Source: Lama guanicoe
Lineage: Eukaryota
Reading direction: 5' to 3'
Length of the DNA stretch: 64,000 nucleotides
NCBI GenBank assembly: GCA_013239625.1
Contig: MU054220.1
Span: 5,812,626 to 5,876,625, forward strand
Part shown: piece by piece, positions 13,741 through 27,990 of the stretch
Layout of the letters: the number at the start of each line of letters is the position of its first letter
How positions within the stretch are numbered: position 1 is the first letter of the stretch
Made by a program: the position numbers and the translations under genes
Notes under the pieces: generated by a model
The model's input: only the letters and a program-made list of their open reading frames with translations
What the model was told of the DNA's origin: nothing
The model's database searches: none

Positions 13741-13961
13741 CAAGGATCAGTAAACTATGGCTGAGGGCCAAATCTGGCCCACTGTCTACTGCTGTAGATA
13801 AAGTTTTATTGGAAAACAGCCACGCTTATTCATTAACATATTGTCTATGGCTGCTTTCAAGATGCAAAGCAGGGCTGAGTTATTGCAATTAAGGCCATAT
13901 GACCTTCAAAGCCTAAAATACGTGCTGTGTGTTTATTATAGAAAAGTTCACCAACTCTCTG
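13741..13961 (+). mobile_element. MER58A-like hAT-Charlie MITE
   Basis: 'aaactatggc...gggccaaatctggccc...ataaagttttattggaaaacagccacgc...tattgtctatggctgcttt', ~220 bp with imperfect terminal inverted repeats. Confidence 0.85.
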
Positions 13962-14699
13962 GCTTATCTGAATGGAAAGTGAACCTCTGAAAACTATCCC
14001 CAGTGTCCTAATTCTGCATTTACCTGCATGGCCCCAGGGAGTCTAAGCTCTGCTTCATTAATTTGCTTACTGCTGAGAAGCACTGACTGCCCTTTCCAAG
14101 CACTCGAATGCCAAATTCCCCTAAGAGAGGATAGTGACACTAAATTGTAGTTAGGGACAATTAAAGGGATTTTCAAGGAGAAAATCATGCTTAACCCAGA
14201 AAAATGAATTTCAAAAATAGAGAAAGTATATGTTTGTTGTCATCTGGAGAAGATATTTTATATAAAGGAATTTAATTATCATGAATATTTTTGAAAAATG
14301 TTCTGGTCCTCCTACTTCTCAGCATATGGTATGGTTGTATATCCTATGGCAAGTCTCCTTTTTCCATGTGATGTAAGTTAATTATGGGTGTGCTATATCA
14401 ACACATTTACAGTCCCAGAGATCAAGGCTGGAAATCTTGGTGGGGGAGGCTTAAAATTCTACATTAACACACTTCTACCTAACACAATTGATAAGATATG
14501 AACCAAAATTATGTATTTTATTTCCCTGGAGTTACTTTTAAGAGTTACAAAAGATTTGCTATAACCCTTTTTGCTTAGCCTCAAAAACTAGCAATATTCC
14601 ATGTGGTATCTATTCTATTAGTTTAATTTCAAAGTGAAATGACATAAAGATTCCAGCCAACCTTTACTGGATGTGACTAAAAAAATGGATCTTTCATTG

Positions 14700-15420
14700 A
14701 TTTTTCAGTTGAAGTAAAATTTACATGCAATAAAATTCATTGAGATTGAAGTCAAATGAAGTTTGACAAAAATATCCACATATATCTTCAATAAAAAATT
14801 CAGTCTTTTGTATTGTTATCAAACATTGCCAATATATGTTATATATTATCATATATTTTACAACTATATTGGTAATAATATGCCAATAAAATGTTGTCAT
14901 TTTTGCTTTAAACAGTCAGCTGTCTTTTGAAAAACATAAGGAAAGAATAAACAGGTAATTGTTTTTCACTCACATACTTACCACTTCTAGTTCTCATCAT
15001 TCCCTATAAATCTGAGTTTTTACTTGATTACTCTTTCCTGCCTGAAACCTTCACTTCTTTTTGTAGTGCTGAATTATTGGCAAAAAAATCAGCTCAACAT
15101 AAGTTTATTTGAAAATGTCTTTGGTTCTACCACATTTTTGAAGGCTATTTTTTATTGTTCATAATATTCTTGGTTGACATACTTATTTCCTTTAGCACTT
15201 TAAGAATATTGTTAATTGTATTTCAGCCATAATTGTTTCCGATAAGAAGTATGATTTTTAAATTATTTTCCTGCATATAATGCACATATAATTGACTAGA
15301 GTGGACTTAGATACAGTTTTGTTTTGTTTGTTTGTTTTTTACTGCTCTTGTTTGTTGATCCTCTTAGATTTATAATTAGATATTTTTCATCCATTTGGGA
15401 AATTAGCTTCCTATCTCCCA
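14700..15420 (-). mobile_element. Degraded ancient L1 fragments
   Basis: Antisense L1 phrases 'tttgaaggctattttt...attcttggttgaca...tttagcactttaagaatatt...gataagaagt'. Confidence 0.6.
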
Positions 15421-16539
15421 AATATATGCGTACGGATGAATCCATCTGGTACTGGATACGTTGCTTTTTCATTTCTTGTTAGGCTTCTTAGAATCTTCCC
15501 TGGTAGCGATGCTCTACCTTTCTCTCGATTTAAATGGTAGACTCCTCAGGTTAAGGCAATCTTGGAGATGAGGTCTGAAGCGCCCTCCTCCTCTTTCCTA
15601 CCTCTCAATTTCTTTCAAAGCTACTGTGGTGCTTCCAATAACTCCCTGGGGCTCCAAAGGGTCTTGCCCAAAAAACACTGTTCCAGGCAACAATTAAACA
15701 TAAGAATATACCTATCCTAGCAAAGAAAAAGTAGTTTATGGTCAATTATAAGACATTTTTTTCCTTCACAATGTGTAGGAACCTGCAATTTAACTATTTC
15801 TAAAGAGCTGTGACCATGGAAATATGAAAGCTTCCTGCATTTATTGACCTACTACTAGCTTAAAAAATGTGCTGCTCACAAATAAAGCAGAATAAAGCAG
15901 GAAGGTTATAGAGATGAATCCCACTAGAAGTTTAAATTGGCATATCATGTGGCATAGAGAATTTCAAAATTTTCTAAGTATTCTGTGACATTTAGCCATA
16001 GGGCTTGTTAAATTTAAAAAAAATGATGGATTGCTTTTTAGGAAGGTGACCTCTTTGTAGAAACTAGAATAAAATGCTTAATAGGTAGACATGTGCTGAG
16101 GGTTATACATCTAATATATTACAATGAAAAGGGTATTTTAACTGAGACAGGGCTGGACCTGAATTATATCTAGTCTTGTTGCTTATTAATTATTTAATAC
16201 TTCTCAAAATCAGTTTCATATATAAACATTGGAGAAATCTCAGTCTTGCAAGATTTTCTTTATGATGAAATGAGATCTGTAAGTCCACATCAATTGACAA
16301 GTCACACCCTCCAAGTTATTTTCAAACTCCTGACCCACAGAATCTATGAATATGATACAATGATTTTTGTTTTATGCCCCAAATTTGGTATTGTTGCTAC
16401 ATAGCAAAAGTAATTAGAATAGTCTTCTTAGAAGCAGATACATTTAACCAAATTGGAATGACTTTCTGGTCTTACTCTACCATTTTTCTTCTTCATTCTT
16501 AATTCTTCTCCCCTCTCTCTCTTCTCATTTATCCATGCA

Positions 16540-16900
16540 CCAGTTATGGTAGACAGGGCTGTACTCTAGTGAAAACAGTATGAAAATCTCAGTGGCTTAA
16601 CACAACAACAGCTTATTTGCCCTTATTCAAAGTCTAGTGCGGCTCTGGGAAGCTCTCAGGAGCGGTCCAGGCATCTGTAATCTTAGGGAACCTCCACAAA
16701 AACATAGGCTCCTACAGTGGCGACGGCTGGAGAAGAGATGAGAAAGAACTGGGCAATGGCTTTAAAATGTCCAGCGCTAGCTTGGCTCACATTTCCCCGG
16801 TCACATTAAGCCACAGAGCACACTTTACTTCCTGAGAGTGGGGAAGTGAAGTCCTTCTGCATACCCTGAGGAAAAGAATGAGACCCAGCAATGTCTGCCA
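16540..16900 (-). mobile_element. MaLR MLT1-type LTR remnant
   Basis: 'aaaatctcagtggcttaacacaacaacagcttattt' is the hallmark of antisense old MLT1. A short sense MLT1 3' end also lies at ~16320-16420. Confidence 0.6.
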
Positions 16901-16909
16901 TATCTAACT

Positions 16910-17040
16910 TCACTTTTCTCTCCTTTCTCTTTCCCTGCCTCCCTCATCTCCCTTCTGTACTCCCTCCTATTTTTCCACCCTTTCCTTCTCTCCTTCCCCT
17001 TCTTCTCTTTCTTCCTCTATGTCTCCCTTTATTTCTTTGT
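16910..17040 (+). repeat. Polypyrimidine (CT-rich) low-complexity tract
   Basis: Almost exclusively C/T for ~130 bp. Confidence 0.9.
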
Positions 17041-18459
17041 CCAGATGCTATAGATATGAATGCTGCTCATGTAAGCATATGTATGCGTGGGAGGGTGCAT
17101 GTCACTGAGCTTTCAGGACTTGGAGGATGCGCCAAATCATTTACCATGTTTAAAATTTATGGAAGAAGGAAAAATGCAACTAAACAAAACAAATGCATAG
17201 CCAGAGGGATAACTCAAATCATAATCCTGAAAACAAGCAAGAATTTTAGCTAGAAAAGTGATATGAAATGTGATGCTGAAGTAACGCAATGAAACGCTAA
17301 ACAGGAAGAAAAATCATGCCATTAGAACCCATGAGTATAAGAATCTTCTCAGTGTTTGAAATATTTCAGGGGTTTAGTCCAAACTTAAAGTCCTAAATAA
17401 TATGTAAATTTTGGAAGTCTGCTTTTGTGTGGTGTCCAGAAAAAAAGGATCAAGCATTCGGGTAAAAAAAAAAAAAAACAGGTGCTTTGAAGACTAATGT
17501 CAGCTTATTCCCAGTAACTTGGTTTATTCTTTATGCAACCAAAGACTTCTAGATGCTTCCACTAAATGATAGAAAAATCTCAATATCACCAAGATTCTTT
17601 GAGGGCTGCTGTGGTTTTTGCAATGAGTTGATGGATTGCAGGTCTTAAGGCTCCTGGTTTGTGTATCTGGTACAGTTTCAATACCTTAAGGTTCAAAAAC
17701 AAGAAAGAAAAAAAATGTCCTTGTATCTCTTTCTTTCCTGTAGACAAATGTTCTAAGACTTAAAGGAGGGATGGAAGCCTCCTGTTTCTCATTCCTCTTT
17801 TCCTTCTAATTTAAGAGTAAATGAAATTGAGACTCTGAGTAAATTCATCCAACTCCTTAGAACCAGTTTTATAAATTAAATACATTGACTTTGATTCCTT
17901 TTGTTTTCACTCCAGCTGTGTCACCTCCCATCCCTTCCACTTTCATTATGTGTATTCTGGGCCTAGGAAAAATGTATTTCCTTTCTGCCTCTAACAAGAA
18001 ATAAAGGAACCACTGCACACTGCTCTTGCCTTCCCCCAATCCTCAATCCTAAAGCCAAAAAATATGTTGAAGATTCTAAGATAAACTCTTGCATCATGAA
18101 TTCCTTGAATAATCTAAACTTCAGTTATGGAAAGTGCCATTGCTAACTGCCAAAAACAATAAATATTGATCATAAGTATAGTGCTTTTGGCTCCTGGAAA
18201 AGATGGTTGACAGTCTACCCCACATAAAGCTTACACTCAAAGATGGCACAGATCTTGGTTCCATTTCTAACTCTGCTGCTAGTAGTCATACATCATGACA
18301 AGTAACAACTTTCATAGGCCTCAGACATTTTATGACTATATAAAATTAGAGATTGCATTAAATCAGTGTTTCTCAAACTTAAGTACCTCTTTTTTCTTAA
18401 TTTTTTGCCATATGGCTTGCATTATTTTTGCATAATATTTTTCTTTAAATAAACTTGAA

Positions 18460-18870
18460 TGTTTTCTATTGCTCCATAATAAATTAATATAAACCTCCAG
18501 CTTAAAACACACACACACACATATTTATTATCTAACAGTTTCTGTGGATTGAGAGTCTAGGTCTGGCTCTGGGTCCTTTGTAAGGCTGTAATTAAGATTG
18601 TGTTCAGGACTTGGTTCTAATCTAAAGGCTTATTTGGCAATGGATCCAATTCTAAGCTTGTTCAGAGTTTTAGTAGAATTTATTTCCTTGGGACTGTAAA
18701 ACTGAGGGCCCTGGCTTCTTTCTGGGTGTTGGCTAGCGTCCGCTCTCAGTTTTTAGGGGCCACCTTCAACCTCTAGAGGACGCTGCAGCTCCTTGCCGCA
18801 CGGCCCTCTCTGTAGATCCTCTCATACTCGGGAAGCTTTCTTCTGCACAGCCAGCAAGGGTGGAAGACAG
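18460..18870 (-). mobile_element. MaLR MLT1 (MLT1D-like) LTR, partial
   Basis: 'ttctattgctccataat...atttattatctaacagtttctgtgg...agaatttatttccttgggactgta...ctgagggccc'. Confidence 0.75.
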
Positions 18871-19159
18871 GGAGGGAGTCTGCTACTGCATTTGCTGTCT
18901 AATCTAGGTAACAGGCAAGGGAGCCACTCATTCAGGTCACGACTGTCACTATCCACAAGAGTCCTCACTTGGCATTTTAATCAATAATGCCCTAAATCCA
19001 GAATGACTTCAAGAGCTCCTTTATTTGCCTAAGGCAATTGATTTTCTTATAATTCTTAAAATAATTTTGACCACTCTGGATAACAATGTAGTTACCAAGT
19101 TTTTTCATTTAACCAAGATATTGTTCATAAATCAGCTGCCTTCTGATCATTAGAAGCAT

Positions 19160-19718
19160 TGTTAGGTAGTTAGATAAGTGGGGGCACCGGGCAGATCCCC
19201 TCACCAGAGGAGAGGGAGGATGGTCTGGAAGGTGGAAGGCATTATGTCCACTTTCAGCATAAACGGACTTTACTTCTTCTAAATGAGTGCCAGCAAGAAA
19301 CTGGTTAGAACCAGACAGCCACAACTGCTCAAAGCGAGCACTTAACCAGACATAACCCAGTGCTCATTGTAAATAATTAGCATTGTCGTTTAGTCACACC
19401 CCATGGGTTTTCCTGTATGCATCATGGGTAAGGACATGTACAGAAGGGGATGAGCATGACTAAGCACTTCAGGGGCAAGCAAGAGCCATCAATCAAGAGA
19501 CCATCTCTAAGTGAGGGTATAAGAGGAAGGGCAAAGACCAAAGAGCGCCGCCTTTCCTCCCTTGCATCAGCCCATCTCCCATTTTGGAGGTATACTTTCT
19601 CTTTTCTAAATAAATCCTTAAAAATCTTCTGCTGCACAATGCACCATCTCCTGTCTGTAATCTTACCTTTTGGGTAAGACAAGAACTGGGGTTTTTTCCT
19701 TTTTCCTTTTGGGTAACA
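19160..19718 (+). mobile_element. ERV1-type solo LTR (559 bp)
   Basis: TGTTA...TAACA inverted termini. TATA-like TATAAG at 19518, AATAAA at 19609. 4-bp flanks gcat/acat match 3/4. Confidence 0.85.
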
Positions 19719-21418
19719 ACATGACTAACAATCTTAGCCACAATATTAAAAACAAACAAACAAATAAACAAAACACGGCCTTAAATGTCTTGAATAAGCT
19801 TGAATAAGAACATTGTAAGGGGGGCAAAGAAGTCTATGAGGGCATCTTCTCTACCTCTGAAGTTAACAGCTAGAGGGGATAAGACTGTAAACAATAATGA
19901 CCAATACACTCAGCACATACTCACCGACTTCAGGATGGACTCTTTACTTGCTATCTGGGAAATGGGAAAAACTGAAGTTTGTCTTCAAATGTCCTTCATT
20001 TTGACTTAAAATCCACCCAGCATAAGGGCTACTCAGGTTCCAAGTGGATTCAACAATCCTTTCCTCTTCAGACTCTCACATAACAAAAAAGATTATTTTT
20101 CTAGAACTTATTCAATTTCCTAAAATTAAAAAGAAAACAAACAACCTCAAACAATCTGCAAGCCTGTTTAGCTTTCAGTTGCTTTTACTAAAATTTCACA
20201 TTTTTGCTTTGTTCTATGGAGAAGAAAATGCAGGTGTTAATACATCACTATGAAGCAGACGGAAAGAAAAAGTTGTAATAGTAACAAGCAAGCTCTGATT
20301 AGCTCTGTGTTTTAAGGTGCCTTGTGACCTAGGTTTTGTAGTCTGGAAGGCATATACTTTATTAATTTCTCCTATTGCATTTTGTTAATCTAATAAACAT
20401 ATTCTTCCAGCTGCAGTTTTTAAATAGGAAATATCAGATTTTTACATTATTTCAGACATTTATTTTGGACCATTTCATTGATGGCAAATGAATATTAAAG
20501 CTTATACCACAGGTATCCTTTATTGCTAGTTATTTACCAGTTATTTTGCTGCCTGCAGAGATATTGTTAGTATTTCCTCTATATGAGTTGACAGTGACAG
20601 ATTTTATAAGGACTTCTCTCTGCCATTTGAAATCATTTGCATTTATACATGTACAATTATTACTCTGTTATTAAAATGTGCTTTAGAACTCCATAATATT
20701 GATACTATCTTTGCAATGGTAATAAGATCCAGATTCCTTAAGGCTCATAATCAGCCTAGACATGGCATTACCTTTTTTTTTTTAAATCCATTCTATTAGT
20801 GTTTCTAGTTTCCCCCAAAGTGGAAACTTTTAGAAGAAAGAATGTTTCCCTGGTAACTCCCATTAAATGTAACAGAAGTATATTCTTTCGAAGTTTATAA
20901 AGATGTTGCACTTGAAATAGTGAGATCAACCATAATGTCCATCGATAGAGGATTTCTCAAGTCAATTATGGTATGGCCAAACAATAAAATATGACATTGA
21001 ACCATTCAAAGTTGCCATTTTGAAAATCAAAAGCAGTTGAATATCAGCAATTTCATATGGTTCGCCTAATATTACCTAGCAGTTTAAAAGAAGGAAGTCC
21101 ATGTATTTATAAAAAAAAAGATACCCTCAAAATATGTTTAATTCAATAAAAAAGCAAATTATAAAAGTATATGCACTGCATGATCCCATTCTTTTTTTCT
21201 TTTTTCCTGTAGAAATAAATATGCTTGTAAATATATGAAAAATCCTGGGATGATGCACAAACTCTTGAAACTGAGACTAGGGGATAGGGAAAATATGAGG
21301 ACCCTGTTTTTTCTGCTTACACACTCTTCAAAACAACAGCTTGATTCTTCAGTATAATCACAACCTAATGACATGGCTTATATTTTTTAAATTAAAAACC
21401 AACCAGGGTCTCTTTCCT

Positions 21419-21725
21419 CAGTGTTACTCAAAGTGTGGTCCATGGATACCACCAGTTTGCGCAATTTACCAGTCTGTAACAAGATAGGTACAGAAGCTGA
21501 GAGAAGCATTTAGTAATTTTGTAGCAATTTGGTGAGTAATTTTATGTTCATTGAATCTAATAATGAAAAACTGGGGCTTGTATTTTGTGTGCTCTTTTTC
21601 ATTTTATTTGTCTATGAATTGATTTTCGTTGTATTTTACAGAAGAATCTAACCGTGACTGATTGGAAATAAAAAAAAAAAGAAAGAAAGAATGGCCCTTT
21701 ATGAGAGATAGTTTGAGAAGCACAG
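21419..21725 (+). mobile_element. MER5C-like hAT-Charlie MITE
   Basis: Starts 'cagtgttactcaaagtgtggtcc' and ends 'tagtttgagaagcacag' (imperfect TIRs). Internal sequence resembles MER5C. Confidence 0.8.
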
Positions 21726-21839
21726 GTTTATCTTTATTTTTTTCAGAATCCAAGACAGGTTCTGGCACAAAGAAGTATTGAATAAATGCAAGATGAATCA
21801 ATAAATGTATGCAGCTGAGAAATTTGAGAGGCTCTAAGG

Positions 21840-22640
21840 TAATAGAATAGACAGAACTTGATGCTGCACTGGATTGATGCTGGGGAAGAGAAGGGGTGGG
21901 GGCAGGGGTCCTGGAAGACTCCTAGGTGTTTACGTTGAGTTCCTGGGAGGTTGCTGATGCCATTCCCTAAGACCGGAAACTCCAGAAGAGGAGCAGAGTC
22001 ACAATGTGCTTACAGGTGATGAATTTATTTTTGAATAGTTTGATATTGAAGTTATTTATGAGATACTCAAATGGGGATGTCTAAGAAGCAGTTAGATATA
22101 GAGGTTAAAAGCTCAGGAAGCAAGGTCTGGGCTGGAGGTGTGGATTTCAGAATGAATGCACCACTTGGGGTGTAAAATGAGAAAGGAAGAGGTTGAGGGC
22201 AAACCTCTGGATGCTTACCACAGTGTCTGGCACTCGGTAGATAGTTAGTAACTCTTTGTCAAATAAAGAGGTAGGTAGATATTATACTAAGTATATTAAA
22301 TTCCAAGCCCAAGCTTTCCTTACTAACCCCATTCTGCTCCTAAACTACACAGCATGCTAACAGACTGCTCGGGGCTGGGAATAGGGTGAGGAAAAAAAAA
22401 ATCAGAAGCATAACAGAAAGAACGGATCCAATTATGTGGAATGCTGCTAAGAGATTAAGTGAGATGGCAAAAGCAAAATGTCTGCTGCATTTATCAACAT
22501 GAAGGACACTGATGACCTTATCAAATGCTCTTTTGAGGGAGTGATGGGGCAAAAGCTATTTGGGGCTGGCTGAAAAGTAAATATGAGTACACAAATGTAG
22601 ACAGTGTGTCCATCCTTTACCAAGAAACTTAGCTATAAAG
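21840..22640 (-). mobile_element. L2 LINE fragments
   Basis: Purine-rich antisense L2 phrases 'gatgtctaagaagcagttagatatagag...gctcagga...ggtctgggctggag'. Confidence 0.7.
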
Positions 22641-24744
22641 GTAAATTGAGAAATTTTAGAGTTATTGATGAGTTATTGTGTGTGGGCAATAGAGACAGAA
22701 GGCCCCTGGACCTCCAAGTAAAATACTTTATTATAATATGACTTGAACAATTTTTAATTGTTTCATGATACTGGTAGTCAAAATAATGCTACTGAGAAGT
22801 ACATGATTTATTAAATGATCATACGTGCTTAGGATTGTACCTCGGTAAGTTTACTTCATGTAGTCTTAATAACAAACTTATGAAGTAGGTTTATTTTTAT
22901 TTTACAGGAGAGAAAATTTGCATTTAAAAGGAAAAATTACTTGTCCAAAGTCATTAGGTATTAAACAGTGCAACCCAAATGTAACCCAGAATTCTCTCAT
23001 TCCAGAACCTAACCCATGTAAATTATCTACCCTAATTTCCTAAATATTAGGAAAAATACACACATTATTATAAAAATGTTTCCATCTTCAGCAGTTTACA
23101 TATATTTATTATCTCCTTAAAGGCAGGAAACATAAATTCAAAAGAGCTTTAAGGAGAAGTCAGCAGTCCTAAATACCTGGCCTAACTTTTTCAAAAATTG
23201 GCTGCGTTTGCTGGGACAAGTCAATTTTCCACAGTAGAGTTGAGTTATATCACCATAAATTTAGAGTTTTAGCCTAAATAGCCCTTGATATCCTTTTCAG
23301 CACTGGCATTCTATCCTTTCTTGTAATATTCTTTTATTTACATTTTAATACAATAATATATTAAAAGAATTTGAGTCCAACAGAAAGATGCCTGCTTACA
23401 TTTGTAAGAGTTTATTAAATTAACTTGAGAGCAAGACAATTTTCTGATGTTGTTTATTAACATCACTGAAAGGAATTTTTCAAAGTCTAATGATAATAAT
23501 CTAGTTGTTGTCATTGTAATTTTCATTATCATCATTGTTATTAATTAATTACATCAGCTTCTTGAGGACTGAAACATTGAACTCGCACGGTTTGATGGAG
23601 TGCGAACTTAGGAACAAACCGCTCTCTCATAACAGGCTTGCATGGGATGGCATTAGGTTAAGAACATTGGAGCCCTGGAACAGTGTAAAGACACCCACAC
23701 CCCAACACCTTATGCTTACTTAGTGTTCGAAATCTTAGAAGTTTAAACCTGTCGTATCAGTCTTGGTGGGAGGATGCCTGTTTCACGGCCACCCTAATTT
23801 GTTTTCTGGGAGTTCCAGCAGCTGAGGCTCAAGAATATACTTAGATTTGGCCAATTTGATGCTTGGGAGGGGAACTTTATTCCTGGAATGAGGACATAAA
23901 TGAGCAAAGGGCATTCCTATCTCACATGGTGGGTTGGACACTAATGTTTTAAAAACAGTAAGCTCTAACCCACGGGGACAAAAATAAAAGGAAAGAAGAT
24001 GACAGATGTCTGGGGATTAGTAACTGACTTAGCAGGCCAGATAACAATGAAATTTAAACCAGTGTGGGAGAAGTCTCACAGCCAGGGGATTACCACCATG
24101 AAGTCATAAAATGCGTCAAGAATCGGAGACAGAAAATGCTTCTGAAAATTGGCTGGATGTGTTGGAAGCCCACAGAAGAACCATTAGCTACTCACCTCTT
24201 CCTCCCCAACAAAAAGGAACCTGGAGGATGATTCCTTGGAGCAGGTGAGCCAGAGAGACTCTGATCTTGGTGACACAGGCACAACTGAGAGCTGGGCTGG
24301 CATAATTAAATCAAGCAGGTTAAGTGAAAAATGAGATTACTCACACCTTCTCCCTCCTAGGCTTCCAGACTACTGGCAGCCAGGCTCAGACCTTTCAGAG
24401 AGAAAAACAGATATTACTTCTCTGGGTAACTAACTAGTTTAAAAGAAAATACCTAGAGAAATAGACAATTAGGTATCTTTTCTATGAAACAACTCAACAA
24501 AGTCATCTTAAAGCCAGGACCATGGTTTGACAAGCTCAGGCAACACATGAAACATTACTGTTCCACTTTTTCTCTGTATCAGTCTTAAATAGAAGAGTGC
24601 TTAAGATCACCCAACATTTGAGAGAATCCTGTAACATTACAGACAAAAAACCAAATCTAAACAGAAAGAAAAATAATAAGGAACTCAGAGGAAACAGGCA
24701 ATGCAGAGATCAGGGCAGGGGAACACGTGAAATCAAACCATTAT

Positions 24745-27700
24745 AACCCTGTTGTCTCCTTCCAAGTTCCTGAGTATATAGTTGGTGCCAGGACACAACC
24801 TACCAGCACCCCCAGAGAGGTGCTGTAATCTATGGAGTGGTGATTATTATGTCAGGAAAGGTCAAGGAAGGAGCACTGGTGCTAACCCTTTCTACCAAAA
24901 TGGTATGTTTGAACCAGTATTTCACCTCTGTGAAACTTGACAATTTGTGCCACCATCAAAAAAATGTAAAGGTGAAGATAGGATGATTTCTGTTTTTTAA
25001 AAATTCTCTCTAAGTCTCCAGCTTGGGTGCAGAGGATAGGCAGTTCCTAGAAAAAAGACCTGAAATGATTGCAGATTTCATGCTGCAGGTTAGATTCCTC
25101 AGGAAGCAGAGGCTGAGATGGAATCGCATGCTAAAGTGTTACGATCTGTCACCGCTGTGAAAAGAAAGGAGGAAGAAATAGGATTGTGCAAGGACATGAT
25201 GCGGATCTGACAAAAGTCCACCAACCTTACAGGAAGCTCCAGGGCAAAGACTGCCCATTAGAGAAGTCCCACGTTAGGCAAAAATGGCCAGGCGATCTTG
25301 CCACCCATCACCTGGCTAAGTCATTGACTAAGGCCACCCTGAGAGGAGTAGAGTATAATCTCAGCTCAGTGAAAATGAAACCTGAAGCTGCTACCAGCTG
25401 GAACCACGCCCCATGAGGCTGGGCAGCAAATCCTTCCTTGAAAGGGGACCTGGGAGGAGCATCTCCATAGCTCCTGCACTTCTTTGAGGGTAACTGATTG
25501 GAGCTACTGCTCCAGATACAGTATCCTCATTTGAGAAATTCAGAATAATCACTGGCATCTGGATACAGCTATTGACCTGATATTGTTTTCCTTTATCCTA
25601 GTAAACTGAAAATACTGAGTTATTCTGTAGTTATTTGGCTAAAAAGACACTACACCTTTCCTATAATATATCAAGATTATGTCATCTTTTTAGCTTTGTA
25701 TCAGTTTAGCCAGCTACTGCCTTCAGTATCTCATCAATCCATAGAACATTATGGAGGTTGATTCAATGATGTCTTCATGTTGGTAGGATCTTAGCGGGAA
25801 TAGCTGATACCCTAGATATTTCAGGGTGACATGTGCACATAATAAGGTTAGAGATAAACTTCACTATAGATCCATATGACCTCAGGGAAGTTTCTGTGAA
25901 TCCAATAATCTTGGACATATTGAAATATCACCTGCAATGTCTAGAACATCACCTTGCCCCCATGCTAAAAAATATACCCAATAATTGGTATGCATATTTG
26001 AGTTTTGAGAGCGAAATATACCACATTTTGGTATGCTGCTCTGATAAATTTATCAGATGACCTGAACTGCTTCCAGTTTGGGGGCTGAGAAACTAGGAAA
26101 TGAAAAGGTATTCCAGTAGGTAAATGAGCAAGCAGTACTGCTAGTTGGCCCTTATGGATGGAGAGACCCAGGAGTGCTTGAACTGTCTGGGGAAGATGGA
26201 GATGTTGTATTGTACCTGTGTCATGCTCCAGTAGTGGGTTCCCAGTAGAGGTCTTTGTGATTCTGGAGCAAAATTGTGCTATCTTTTAAACTTAACTTCC
26301 CATCATTTAACAAAATAGCTTTTCTCCCCTATGAGAAACTAAGACAAAACAAGTATCTAATTATGACATACCAATGGCCATGTAGCTCAAGTTGCCAATC
26401 ATAAAATGCTTATTATTTGATCCATTAGTTTTTCAGATTGGTTGTGCCTATTAACCTTTAATAATCATGTGAAAGTGATGGAGTCAAATCCAGAAGGTAG
26501 TGAAAATGCAGGATTGCACATATTTTCTACAGGCTGCTCCTGGTCCAATGCCATCACTCCTTTAACATGTAATCATAGCCTCGTGGGGAGTCACTTCTGA
26601 CCAGTTGTCTAAGGAGGAAAAAAAATCAAGAGTGGTTTAGACATAGGTCTGCATGATAATTTGCATCCAGTGGAAGTTGACTGCTAACACATGCTAAGGC
26701 TAATCGGGTACTGAAAAACGGTGGGAAAGGAAAATGCTCCTAGTGATTCATTAATAGTGAGATAATGATTTGGATAAATGGTCAAGGACTTGGAAGAAGC
26801 TAGAGTTCATGGCAAAGATACCTGTGGAAGATTTCTATGGATGGATGGATCCCTTGAAATGGACCCATGACGTGATAATATTTATTTTCCAAATAAAATT
26901 TTAATAAGTACCCTTCCTGTGAAAATGGTTAGTAAGAAGCGGTCAACCAGGGAATAGCTTCTTCAGAGATTGCTCAGTAGTCTTGTAAACTCAGTATACT
27001 ATGCATGCGTTCAGTAATATGGGCTTCCCTTCACAAAGTTGATTTCTCTTCTGCTACCGTTCAACTTATAATCAGTGGCAGCCAAACTTTGGCCTCCACA
27101 TGATATGACTCAATAGAAGAAAGAAGCCACTCAGCAACAGTTTGATTGTGATGAATCCCCATTAATCAGATAGGAAATGTTAATTCATCTTAAGTTGAAA
27201 CACACCTGAGCTGATATTTGCTTCTTCTAGGTCATTATTATTTTTTGCCTGAAGTGCCATCTGAAACTAATCAAAATCCTTATTATGTTAGCCTATGCAA
27301 AGTGAACTCACTTTTCAAAGAAAAAGTGAAGCAATGATACCTGTAGGAATCACTAGTCTTACCATATCCTCATCAACCAAGGAGACAGACTTGAGGAATG
27401 ATAGAATGGCAAGGGAGATTCATGTAAGCTAAGGCTTGGAGGTAGCACCTTATAATGTTGGGATGCTGTGATACAGGATGTGCAGTGTACAGTCTAGTAT
27501 GTGTACATGAATCTAGGAACCAAGGGACTTCATTAGAAGGCATTCCATTTATCATTACCCCTAACTACACCCTAGTGACAGTTTTAGCTTTTGGAATCTG
27601 TGACTCTGAGTCCTCTAAGTACAGACATCTTAATGCTCAAAGGAAGAATGCTTCCACCAGAGCACTCAACACTGTTCTAGAACACAGATTCTACTAAATT

Positions 27701-27990
27701 GGAAAGCTAGATACTCTACTTGGACACGCCAGGCTTGTTTTTTCAGTGGACTGACAGAGAGCCCAGGGATTACAGAGTAAGTTGGCTTATCTTATTAAGG
27801 GAAGGTGATGTTGCTGATAAGCAAACAGACATGGAGTAGTCTGGAAACATTTAGACAAGCCTTACTGGTGTTAACTTATGCTACACCATGAAATATAAAA
27901 AGTTAAGACTGCAGCAGGCATACACAGGAAGCACCAATACAGGCTTAGTTAGATTCCTCAAAAATTAAGTTGTGGTCCCTCAACCAGTTA
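24745..27990 (+). mobile_element. Highly decayed ERVL-class internal pro-pol region
   Basis: Manual translations PVVSFQVPEYIVG (24748), GVVIIMSGKVK...LSTKMV (~24834) and ATAPDTVSSFEKF...TGIW..AIDL (~25503) are collinear with ERVL protease/RT motifs (PVVISPVPECIIG, GVRAIMVGKAK, AAVPDVVSLLEQI...GTWYAAIDL). Weaker RNase H/integrase-like sequence follows. The right boundary is approximate. Confidence 0.75.
25081..25478 (-). mobile_element. ERVL solo LTR (LTR33/LTR16-like) nested in the ERVL RT region
   Basis: TG...CA termini. 'tgctgcaggttagattcctcaggaagcagaggctgagatgga' resembles the antisense 3' end of this LTR group. The RT motifs resume after it. Confidence 0.75.

Noticed and set aside
16891..17253. 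120-aa Pro/Leu/Phe-rich ORF
   Set aside because: It is an artefact of the CT-rich low-complexity tract.
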